Virus record (IMG/VR): IMGVR_UViG_3300027816_000057
Strand: one strand, 5' to 3'
Length of the DNA: 64,000 bases
DNA from: a virus
Shown: in pieces, positions 8,602 through 16,682 of the stretch
Layout: each line of letters opens with the position of its first letter
Position numbering within the stretch: the first letter of the stretch is position 1
The notes under the pieces: model-generated
What the model was told of the DNA's origin: nothing
What the model saw: only the letters and a program-made list of their open reading frames with translations
The model's database searches: none
Made by a program: the position numbers and the translations under genes

Positions 8602-11567
8602 TAGTTTTGTTCCATTGTTAAATGAATATTTAGATTATTTATTCCGCTTATATTAACGACATTAAATCTTAATAAATCGCCCGCAGCTAATCCGGTAGTC
8701 CAATTTGTTATAGATTGATTAACATAATTTTGATTTGATAATGTAATAAGAGAATTATTTAAAATACTTGTAAAAGTAGGATAATTGATCGAGTTTGATT
8801 TTAATAAATCGATTTGTAGAGTTCCAGTTGTAGAACTAAAAACATCGCATTTATCTATTATTGAAGCTGATGCTATTCTTGAAAAACCTTTAACTCCGGT
8901 TGATATTGGATAGCCTTCAATATTGATACCAAAATTATATTCATTTTTTCTAAAATATGTATTTTGACCATCCGTAAACAAAAATCCGCCAGATGTTTGT
9001 GTAGGTAAAAGATTATTTAAAGCAGCAGTTGGTGTTGATGCGTTTGTACCGCCTCGGTCTATTGTTAATATTCCAGTTGTGTTAACAATATTAATATTTG
9101 ATTCTAAAACAAAACCAGAAATAGCGTTTGAGACATCATTATAATAGAGTTGTAAATTATTACTATTATTTAATATAGTACCTACAGCGTCTTGTGCTTG
9201 TTCATCGGTATATGATCCGCCTCCGCTAGAAGCTGTAAGTCCGGTAACGCTAATAGTCAATGATGTAGTGCCATTATAGTTAAAAACTACATTTGTTCCA
9301 GCAATAAGAAAACCAGTTACTTCATTTCTAGTTCTAGTAGAATTAAAATAGAGATTTGAACCTTCGGTTAAGTTTGAGGTAGTCTTTGTACCTAACCAAG
9401 TATCGGCACGAGTAGTATTAAAATATTGTGTATGAGGATCGCCAACAAGTAAATTATTTAATGAATTATGATCTAAACCTGTTGCCTGTACATTAATTCT
9501 TAATATACCACCGGCACCAGAATCCGTAAAATTAATTCCAGTTCCGGCTGTCAATACTCGTTCGCTAGTTAATCCAGTGGTAGAAGAAAGCGTTAAATAA
9601 GTAGCGTTAAGCTGTGCATATATTGGAGGAACACCATTAGATATTGCGGTAATTCTACCATATGGGTCTGTTGTAACTGTAGCAAACTGATATGTATCAG
9701 GAATTTGAGTATCGATTAATTCTGGTAATACATTTATAGTAGTAGTACCGGTTCCTATAACTGCACCTTGAATACTAATTAATTGATTACTAGATAATTT
9801 AGAGTCAAGTTGTGTCTGTATATTTGATGTAGCTGTAGAAAGATAATTTAATTTTGTATTGTCTACGGTACCAAGACCAATTTTATTAGCATTTATTCCT
9901 GTTGGCATTAAATAATCAGCAAGTCCTGATATATTAATTCTATAATTATTAATATTTCCCGAAAGTTCAATACCATTACCGGCAATTAAAAATCCAGTTA
10001 CTACGCTTCTAACTTTATTAGATGTATAGTACTCATTTGCTCCTTGCGGTAAATCAGACGTTGATCTAGTTCCTAGCCACGTTAATGCTCTACTGTCGTT
10101 ATGATATTGAGAGTGTACATCTCCTACAGAAAGATTATTTAAATTATTATGATCAATTCCGGTTGGCTGTACATGAATTATAAAAGTATTACCAGCACCA
10201 TTATCAACAAAATTAATTCCACTTCCTGCAGTAATTGATCTTTCTGAGGCAAGATTTGAATCATTTCCTATCGTTATATAAGCAGAACCTGTAGGTGCAT
10301 AAACTAAAGGATTATTAGACGAAGCCGATGTTACTTGACCTTTTGAGTTAATGGTAATTGTCGGATATGAAAATGTACCGACATTTGAATTTACATTTGG
10401 TAAAGTAACCGGTATAGTTGTGTTTCCTGTTCCAACTATATCACCAGACAATGTAATTAATTGATCGCCGGTATTTGTTCCGGTTAAATTAATTCCAGAA
10501 ACATGCTGTGTAGCGACAACGGATACAGGTACTATTCTTTGTAAACCTACAGAAAGAGACGGAGTACTGGCGGGATTTGTAATATGGATTACGATTCCGC
10601 TAGCGTTTACATTTGATATGTTGGTTACTGTACCAGATCCTTTAGAATCTAATTGAGACTGGACATCTCCGGTTAGTGTAGATAAATAATCTAATACTGT
10701 ATTATCTACGGTACCCAATCCAAGTTTTTCAACATTAATACCGGTAGGCATTAAATAGTCTGCTAAACCAGAAACATTAATTATAAGATTTGAGTTAGAG
10801 CCTTGATCGACAAAAGAAATGCCTTGTCCTGCGGTTAAAACTCTTTCGTTGGTTAATATAGAATCGGTACTTAAAGTAATATAAGATACGCCGGTTGGGG
10901 CAAATACTGGTCCATTAGATGCCGATGTAATCAAACCTTTTGAATTAATAGTGATAGTTGCGTTTGTAAATATACCGGTACTAGAATTTACATTTGACAA
11001 CACAACGGGGATTGTCGTTTGTCCAGTAGCAGAGACATCTCCAGATAGAGTTATTAACTGATTAGAAGATATTTTTGAATTTAACTGAGTTTGAATATTA
11101 GATGTTACGCCGTCTAAAAATCCGTATTCTGTATTATCTACTGTTCCGTTGCCTATTTGGTTTGCATTAAACCCCGTAGGTAATAAATTGTTTAATCCAG
11201 AAACTGAGAATTGTAAAGTATTACCTAAGTTAGTAATAGATATACCATTACCATTAACAAGTTTTCCGGTAATCCAAGGATTAACTGCATCATAAACGCC
11301 AGTGGTAAAATTTATTATTTGACCAGTGGTATGAGTATGATTTATTAAAGCAAAATCATTACTAGTATATCCATTTAAGAAATTACTGTTTAAGCCAGAT
11401 ATTAAAACACCAAAACCAGTTCCTGAAATAGTAAAAGGAATTAATCCAGAAAATACATGATTGGCAGATATAATTCTAGGATTTGATAAATGAAGATATT
11501 GTAAATGATCGTCATTATTAAGACCAAAAACGGTAGAATGAAATATGTTTTGATATCTAGGATTCAC
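8601..11567 (-). CDS. Long tail-fibre-like protein with shuffled internal repeats
   Basis: Repeated modules TVDNT...TSNIQTQL, TITINSKG.ITSAS, ERVLTAG.GI, DH..L.NL..GD.H.QY, T.NL.EGSNLYF, YTDEQAQDAV; GTG start. Confidence 0.75.
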   Translation of the reverse strand: MNPRYQNIFHSTVFGLNNDDHLQYLHLSNPRIISANHVFSGLIPFTISGTGFGVLISGLNSNFLNGYTSNDFALINHTHTTGQIINFTTGVYDAVNPWITGKLVNGNGISITNLGNTLQFSVSGLNNLLPTGFNANQIGNGTVDNTEYGFLDGVTSNIQTQLNSKISSNQLITLSGDVSATGQTTIPVVLSNVNSSTGIFTNATITINSKGLITSASNGPVFAPTGVSYITLSTDSILTNERVLTAGQGISFVDQGSNSNLIINVSGLADYLMPTGINVEKLGLGTVDNTVLDYLSTLTGDVQSQLDSKGSGTVTNISNVNASGIVIHITNPASTPSLSVGLQRIVPVSVVATQHVSGINLTGTNTGDQLITLSGDIVGTGNTTIPVTLPNVNSNVGTFSYPTITINSKGQVTSASSNNPLVYAPTGSAYITIGNDSNLASERSITAGSGINFVDNGAGNTFIIHVQPTGIDHNNLNNLSVGDVHSQYHNDSRALTWLGTRSTSDLPQGANEYYTSNKVRSVVTGFLIAGNGIELSGNINNYRINISGLADYLMPTGINANKIGLGTVDNTKLNYLSTATSNIQTQLDSKLSSNQLISIQGAVIGTGTTTINVLPELIDTQIPDTYQFATVTTDPYGRITAISNGVPPIYAQLNATYLTLSSTTGLTSERVLTAGTGINFTDSGAGGILRINVQATGLDHNSLNNLLVGDPHTQYFNTTRADTWLGTKTTSNLTEGSNLYFNSTRTRNEVTGFLIAGTNVVFNYNGTTSLTISVTGLTASSGGGSYTDEQAQDAVGTILNNSNNLQLYYNDVSNAISGFVLESNINIVNTTGILTIDRGGTNASTPTAALNNLLPTQTSGGFLFTDGQNTYFRKNEYNFGINIEGYPISTGVKGFSRIASASIIDKCDVFSSTTGTLQIDLLKSNSINYPTFTSILNNSLITLSNQNYVNQSITNWTTGLAAGDLLRFNVVNISGINNLNIHLTMEQN

Positions 11568-11573
11568 ATTATC

Positions 11574-11581
11574 TTATACAC
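11574..11581 (-). promoter_or_regulatory. GTGTATAA motif 6 nt upstream of the GTG start at 11567
   Basis: Minus strand reads GTGTATAA-GATAAT-GTG. Confidence 0.6.
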
Positions 11582-11599
11582 TAGAGGACTTATACTAAT

Positions 11600-11607
11600 G
11601 TGTATAA
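11600..11607 (+). promoter_or_regulatory. GTGTATAA motif 6 nt upstream of the ATG at 11614
   Basis: GTGTATAA-TTTATT-ATG; divergent partner of the 11574-11581 motif. Confidence 0.6.
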
Positions 11608-11613
11608 TTTATT

Positions 11614-12294
11614 ATGAGAATTTTCATTCTATTGATAATAAGTTCTTTATTCATATTCGGTTGCGTATCTGATTATTCAGATGGTGGATCAACTATTTTT
11701 TCTAAAACGACAACAGAAAGTTATGCTGATGGAAAAACTAAAAGCACTACTATATCAGCAGAAGTAAAACAGCCAGATGCACCAAAGAATCCTGCCACTA
11801 TTTCTTTTAAAGACAATCCAGATGGTACTGTAGATGTCAAAACTGATACAGGTGAATCGCAAGATTTAGGTAAAATTAAATCAGCAATGTCAGCTATTGG
11901 TATGCTTCACCCGCTGGTTTTTGCTGGAGCGGCTTTATGCGTACTAGGTATTTTAGCTGCTGTTATTGTTAGACAATACATTTGGGGTGCTGGCCTGTTT
12001 TTTGGTGGATTAGCTATGTCTCTTGGAGCGGTATTAATTGCTCAATATGCTGTATATTTTGGAATTATAGGCGTATTAGCTCTAATTTGGCTTCTTTATA
12101 CTTTATATGAAACAAAAGCAAATAAAAAAGCTAATGCAGAAAATGTTAAAGTTGTAGAAAAATTAAAAAAGGAATTACCTGAAGACAAAAAGCGTCAGTT
12201 ATTTAATGAAAAAAACGGTGATATCTCTTTAATACAAAGTTCAAGTACCAAAAAATTAGTTAAAAATATTAAAAAGAAACTATTTAATACATAA
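11614..12294 (+). CDS. Lipoprotein with about three C-terminal transmembrane helices
   Basis: Signal peptide with lipobox-like FIFG-C; polar beta-rich segment; hydrophobic helices about aa 98-165; basic tail. Confidence 0.65.
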   Translation: MRIFILLIISSLFIFGCVSDYSDGGSTIFSKTTTESYADGKTKSTTISAEVKQPDAPKNPATISFKDNPDGTVDVKTDTGESQDLGKIKSAMSAIGMLHPLVFAGAALCVLGILAAVIVRQYIWGAGLFFGGLAMSLGAVLIAQYAVYFGIIGVLALIWLLYTLYETKANKKANAENVKVVEKLKKELPEDKKRQLFNEKNGDISLIQSSSTKKLVKNIKKKLFNT

Positions 12295-12626
12295 TGATCT
12301 ATGAATTTAAAAATAAAGACGGTGTAATTGTAGAGAAAAACTACCGAATAGGAAAGTGTCCATCAAAAATAAAGATTAAAGGAGTTGTTTATGAAAGAAT
12401 AATTTCTTTACCTTATGTTATAATGGATGCTGATAAACCAAAAACCATTGGTGGATTAATAGATAAACAAAAAAGAAAAGACGAAAAAGACGGTAAGATT
12501 AATAAAGTCAAAGAAGCACCAGAACCTTGGTGGAGAAAAGGAAAGAAGAAAGTAGATAGAGATTTAGCTAAAATGAGTCCTAAACAAAAGGAACATTATA
12601 TTATGACCGGGGAGAAGAAAATATGA
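12294..12626 (+). CDS. Basic hypothetical protein (FmdB-like N-terminus, no Cys)
   Basis: MIYEFKN start; Lys-rich; PWWR. Confidence 0.5.
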   Translation: MIYEFKNKDGVIVEKNYRIGKCPSKIKIKGVVYERIISLPYVIMDADKPKTIGGLIDKQKRKDEKDGKINKVKEAPEPWWRKGKKKVDRDLAKMSPKQKEHYIMTGEKKI

Positions 12627-12901
12627 GTGAAAAGGAATTTGATAAATCAAAAGTGATTAAATTAAAATGTACTCTTTGTAATAGAGAATTAATGAATTTA
12701 CTACCAGTTAAAGACGGTCCAACTAAACAAAAATTTCAAGCTTCCTGTTATTTCTGCAAAGGATTTTCCCAAATAGAGACTATTCATGGTGTTTGTGCAA
12801 CAGGACCAATTGGTGAAGACGAATTAAAACGTGAAACAATTATCGAGGACGTTCGGTTAGATGACGATGATAAATACTTGTTTATAGTGAAAGCAAAATA
12901 A
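12623..12901 (+). CDS. Zinc-ribbon protein
   Basis: CTLC...CYFC. Confidence 0.6.
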   Translation: MSEKEFDKSKVIKLKCTLCNRELMNLLPVKDGPTKQKFQASCYFCKGFSQIETIHGVCATGPIGEDELKRETIIEDVRLDDDDKYLFIVKAK

Positions 12902-13419
12902 TGAATAAAAACTTTAAGTATAATAACTGTATTCAGCCAATAAGTAACTCAAGTAATATTAAAGAAAACAACAGTATTACTCTTTATGATATTTCTGGTT
13001 CTAAAAACACCAATCTTTCAAAAGACGGAGATATATTCGCTAAACGATCAGTTAAAGACGGAAACATAAAATTCTTTGCCAAAGCAAACAATAATCTTCA
13101 ATTGTTAAATCCGTTTAACGAAAGCTTTACGGTATATAATATAAATAATACTCCGGGATCAGACGTATACAATTTTGTAGAAATCACTCAAAAAAGCTTT
13201 GATCATTATATCTCATTTTTACAATCTCAAAATTCCGTTCAATATCGTTTAGCACAAAAGGAATTATCGGAAACATCTTTTGTAAAAAGAGAATATATTT
13301 CATCTACTGACGACTCTGTAAATTTCCCAGAATTTAAAATGTATAATTCAATGGACAAAGAAACAAATGAAAATAAAAATAGTAACAAACGAAAAAACAA
13401 TAGAAATAAACGAAAATGA
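12901..13419 (+). CDS. Hypothetical protein
   Basis: 172-aa ORF tiled in the operon. Confidence 0.65.
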   Translation: MNKNFKYNNCIQPISNSSNIKENNSITLYDISGSKNTNLSKDGDIFAKRSVKDGNIKFFAKANNNLQLLNPFNESFTVYNINNTPGSDVYNFVEITQKSFDHYISFLQSQNSVQYRLAQKELSETSFVKREYISSTDDSVNFPEFKMYNSMDKETNENKNSNKRKNNRNKRK

Positions 13420-13702
13420 TTTTACATGGTGGCAACAAAATAAAAATCTGACTAAAATTCAAGAAATTGTCGTATATAATAATGAGCAGTTACTAGTTGG
13501 GTGTCATAATTACGATGTGTATTTTCTAGGTCTAAAGAAAATATCTATCAATTTTAACGAACCTCATACACTAGTTGGTATTGGAGCTGAAGAAAACGGA
13601 AAAATAGAAGTTCTTTGGTTCTTTGCTAAAGACGGTTCATTGCATGAAAAAGAAATCAGAACAAGAGAAGACGCCGGATTTTTCTTGCACAAAAATATAT
13701 AA
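13367..13702 (+). CDS. Hypothetical protein
   Basis: 111-aa ORF. Confidence 0.6.
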   Translation: MKIKIVTNEKTIEINENDFTWWQQNKNLTKIQEIVVYNNEQLLVGCHNYDVYFLGLKKISINFNEPHTLVGIGAEENGKIEVLWFFAKDGSLHEKEIRTREDAGFFLHKNI

Positions 13703-14129
13703 ATCATTATTTGTACTTGATTTAGATATAGACGTATCTAATTATATTACAGAAATTATAATATCTAGATATTGGGAATTTAAAAATAAAATTCCGCCAG
13801 TTCCTTTTTGGCAAAAAGAATATAAAGATAATTATAAAAAACTAACTGATTCATATGTATATGAGCTTACCCAAGTCAAAAAACTTTTAAAGGTTTTTAG
13901 TCCTGCTGTGGTTTTATACTATATTAAAAATAACAATATTACTACTCTAAGATACGCTAAACTAGAAGATACTAAAGAAATTATATTTGGTTTATTCAAA
14001 AATCAATTAATTTTTATTAATCAGATTAAAGAAATTTCAAAAAACGAACTAGAAAAAGAAAACGATAAGATAGAATATATAGAGAACAAGACTCGTAAAA
14101 AAGATAATTTATTCTCGAAAGGCGTTTAA
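13623..14129 (+). CDS. Hypothetical protein (start uncertain)
   Basis: ORF coupled to recA by TAATG. Confidence 0.6.
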   Translation: MLKTVHCMKKKSEQEKTPDFSCTKIYKSLFVLDLDIDVSNYITEIIISRYWEFKNKIPPVPFWQKEYKDNYKKLTDSYVYELTQVKKLLKVFSPAVVLYYIKNNNITTLRYAKLEDTKEIIFGLFKNQLIFINQIKEISKNELEKENDKIEYIENKTRKKDNLFSKGV

Positions 14130-15139
14130 TGGCAAAAGCGGTCAATACATTACTAAAAACAATTCAAGATAAATATGATTTTGAACCAATGATAGCTACA
14201 TATTTAAAAGACGATGTAGGTGAGTTTATTCCTACAACTCTTAGTATGGATATAGCACTTAATGGTGGGATAAGAGAAGGAACAATTACAACTCTATCAT
14301 CTAAAGCCGGTGGCGGTAAAACATCTTTTTGTATACAAATTGCTGTAAATGCACAAAAGATGGGTAAAAATGTATATTTTTCTGATGTAGAAGGTCGATT
14401 GCAGCCAGAATTATTAAATTGTTTTCCTGAATTAGATCAAGACAAATTAATTGTTTTTAAATCAACTACAGATAAATTTTTAACTGCCGAAGATCATGTA
14501 AACATTATTGAAACAGTTCTTAAAGATGATCCGGGATGCGTAGTTATTTTAGATTCAATTGCGGCTTTATGCCCTGAAACAGAACACGGCGAAGATGTTA
14601 AAAGTAATAGCCGATCTTCCGTTCCGAAATTAATGTATTCTTTCTATCGAAAAATAGCACAAATTATTACCGCTAATAAATCAACTTTTATAGCAATTAC
14701 ACATCAACAAGCTAATACATCTGGATACGGTTCATCAATTGTTGAAGTCGGTGGTAACGCTAATACTTATTTCGCGTCTAATCATTTAATTGCTACCAAG
14801 GTAGAAGATTTAGTTGATGATAAAACTAAAAAATCTTATGGTAAAAATACAACGTTTAAAGTTAAAAAAGTAGCCGCAGGTGCCCCTGACGGTCTTCCTA
14901 CAATTTATGTAAGATATGGAAAAGGTTTAGATCATGTTGTTGATTTAATTGCGGTTGCTACTGAATTTGGTTTTGTTGAACGAAAAGGTGCTTGGTATAA
15001 TTTCTCTAATATTGCTGAATTAGAAAAAGAAAAATTTCAAGGTCAAGACGCATTGCATGAATTTTTAACTGTCAATAAAGATAAAGCTAGTTTAATTGAA
15101 AAAGAAATTAGATCAATAGTTTTTGGAAGTAAAAAATGA
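14129..15139 (+). CDS. recA: RecA/UvsX-like recombinase
   Basis: MDIALNGGIREG, Walker A SKAGGGKT, DVEGRL, ILDSIAAL, GGNA..YFAS, ERKGAWY, FQG. Confidence 0.92.
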   Translation: MAKAVNTLLKTIQDKYDFEPMIATYLKDDVGEFIPTTLSMDIALNGGIREGTITTLSSKAGGGKTSFCIQIAVNAQKMGKNVYFSDVEGRLQPELLNCFPELDQDKLIVFKSTTDKFLTAEDHVNIIETVLKDDPGCVVILDSIAALCPETEHGEDVKSNSRSSVPKLMYSFYRKIAQIITANKSTFIAITHQQANTSGYGSSIVEVGGNANTYFASNHLIATKVEDLVDDKTKKSYGKNTTFKVKKVAAGAPDGLPTIYVRYGKGLDHVVDLIAVATEFGFVERKGAWYNFSNIAELEKEKFQGQDALHEFLTVNKDKASLIEKEIRSIVFGSKK

Positions 15140-15393
15140 TATACGGACTAGATACAGCATTAGATGATTTTAGAAATAAAATTAAAAATTTAGTAGATAA
15201 TCATATTGATGATATACTAGACTCCGAAGAAGAAAAATTACAAGAAAAACAAGATCATACAAAAGAATTACTAAATAGATATTTAACGTTTTTAGAAAGT
15301 GCTGTATTAGACAATAAATATAAGCTTCCTAAAAAAGTAATTCAAGAATTAGAAGATGATTATAATATAATCAAAAATGAAATTAATAAATAG
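15136..15393 (+). CDS. Hypothetical helical protein
   Basis: ATGA overlap; acidic, coiled-coil-like. Confidence 0.6.
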   Translation: MIYGLDTALDDFRNKIKNLVDNHIDDILDSEEEKLQEKQDHTKELLNRYLTFLESAVLDNKYKLPKKVIQELEDDYNIIKNEINK

Positions 15394-15772
15394 CAACAAT
15401 AAAACCGTTAAAATAAGTGTCAAAGAATCAGACTATCCTCTTAAAACTGAGACTTCAGCTAAATCAAAAATACAATTTAACTGTGGTAAATTAATTAAAG
15501 ATCATTTTCCGTCTGATCCTATATTAGAAGATGTACCTGTAGATGGTGCGTCTTTTTATTTTGATTTCTGGCTTCCGAGAAGAAAAATAGTATTTGAAAT
15601 ACAAGGTCGCCAGCACGATCAATACGTTAAATTTTATCATAAAGATAAAAATTCATATTTTAAAAGCATTGACCGAGATTTAAAAAAAGAAGAATTTTGT
15701 CGCATTAACGATATTAAATTATTCTATGCTAGAACTATAGAAGAATTGGAGAAACTGCTTGCAACGGTATGA
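15377..15772 (+). CDS. Vsr/DUF559-like PD-(D/E)XK endonuclease
   Basis: FYFDFWLP..KIVFEIQGRQHD...RDLKKEEFC..NDIKL. Confidence 0.8.
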   Translation: MKLINSNNKTVKISVKESDYPLKTETSAKSKIQFNCGKLIKDHFPSDPILEDVPVDGASFYFDFWLPRRKIVFEIQGRQHDQYVKFYHKDKNSYFKSIDRDLKKEEFCRINDIKLFYARTIEELEKLLATV

Positions 15773-16241
15773 CAAAAAAGACATAGCTACTGAAATAGAA
15801 ACCACGAGGGCTTCTTTTAATTTTCCTAACTTATCTTCTCCTAATGATATTAATAAAATAATTGGTATAATTACTAAAGAAGATTTAACAAAAGTGCCGG
15901 TTGAAGAGCTGCTTGATTATAGTACTAAAATAGTTGTTTATAGTCTATATTTGACGCATGAGACAAATAGAATAAAAGCAAAAGCCGACTGGATTGAATC
16001 TCAAATTCGACATATTGTAGGAAAAGAATTAGCGAATTCACGAGGATTTACTTTTGAAGAAAAAAATATAGACATACGAGCAAATCACGATCATGCTAGT
16101 GAATTCGAGCAAGAAAAAGTTTTAGAACTTACAAAATATGAGGTTTTTAAAAACATAGCCTATAAAATGCAGAATCTAGCCGAACAACTAAATATGGTTA
16201 TAAGAGAAAGAAACAACTTTAATAGAAAGAATAATATATGA
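15759..16241 (+). CDS. Helical protein, possible UvsY-like recombination mediator
   Basis: All-helical, 160 aa, between recA and dnaB; function inferred from context only. Confidence 0.35.
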   Translation: MQRYDKKDIATEIETTRASFNFPNLSSPNDINKIIGIITKEDLTKVPVEELLDYSTKIVVYSLYLTHETNRIKAKADWIESQIRHIVGKELANSRGFTFEEKNIDIRANHDHASEFEQEKVLELTKYEVFKNIAYKMQNLAEQLNMVIRERNNFNRKNNI

Positions 16242-16681
16242 ATTTTAAAAATTTAAAAACAGCTATTTTAAATAAGTCTTGGGATGACGTTATCATATTT
16301 TATGAAAATATAACAGGGGAAAGTCTAGAGAATAATAATAGCACAAATGCTAAAAAAACAATTGCTAAAAAGGGACGACCTAAAAAAACAAGTAAAAAAG
16401 TAAAAACTAAAGCGGAGTCTAGAACTAATGATGACGATATGGTTTTTTACGGCGGGGAAGACGCAGAAGAAAACGAAGAATCAAAGATAGCTAAAAAAAT
16501 AGCTAAGGGTCTAAAAAAAAGAAAAGTAAAACAATCTCGTGATTTATATCAACCAAATATGGTAAATTGCACTAACTGTAATAGAGCGTTTGACAAAAAT
16601 AAAGATAACAGCTTTACAGTAATTGGTGAATCTTCAGGTATAAATAAAAATCTATGTAATAAATGCGTTCTTTCAAGATAA
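16238..16681 (+). CDS. Basic protein with AT-hook-like motif and C-terminal Zn finger
   Basis: KKGRPKK; CTNC...CNKC. Confidence 0.55.
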   Translation: MNFKNLKTAILNKSWDDVIIFYENITGESLENNNSTNAKKTIAKKGRPKKTSKKVKTKAESRTNDDDMVFYGGEDAEENEESKIAKKIAKGLKKRKVKQSRDLYQPNMVNCTNCNRAFDKNKDNSFTVIGESSGINKNLCNKCVLSR

Positions 16682-16682
16682 T

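Noticed and set aside
8601-11567. Diversity-generating retroelement template/variable repeats
   Set aside because: Repeats are in-frame protein modules diverged at all bases rather than adenine-specific, and there is no reverse transcriptase in the window
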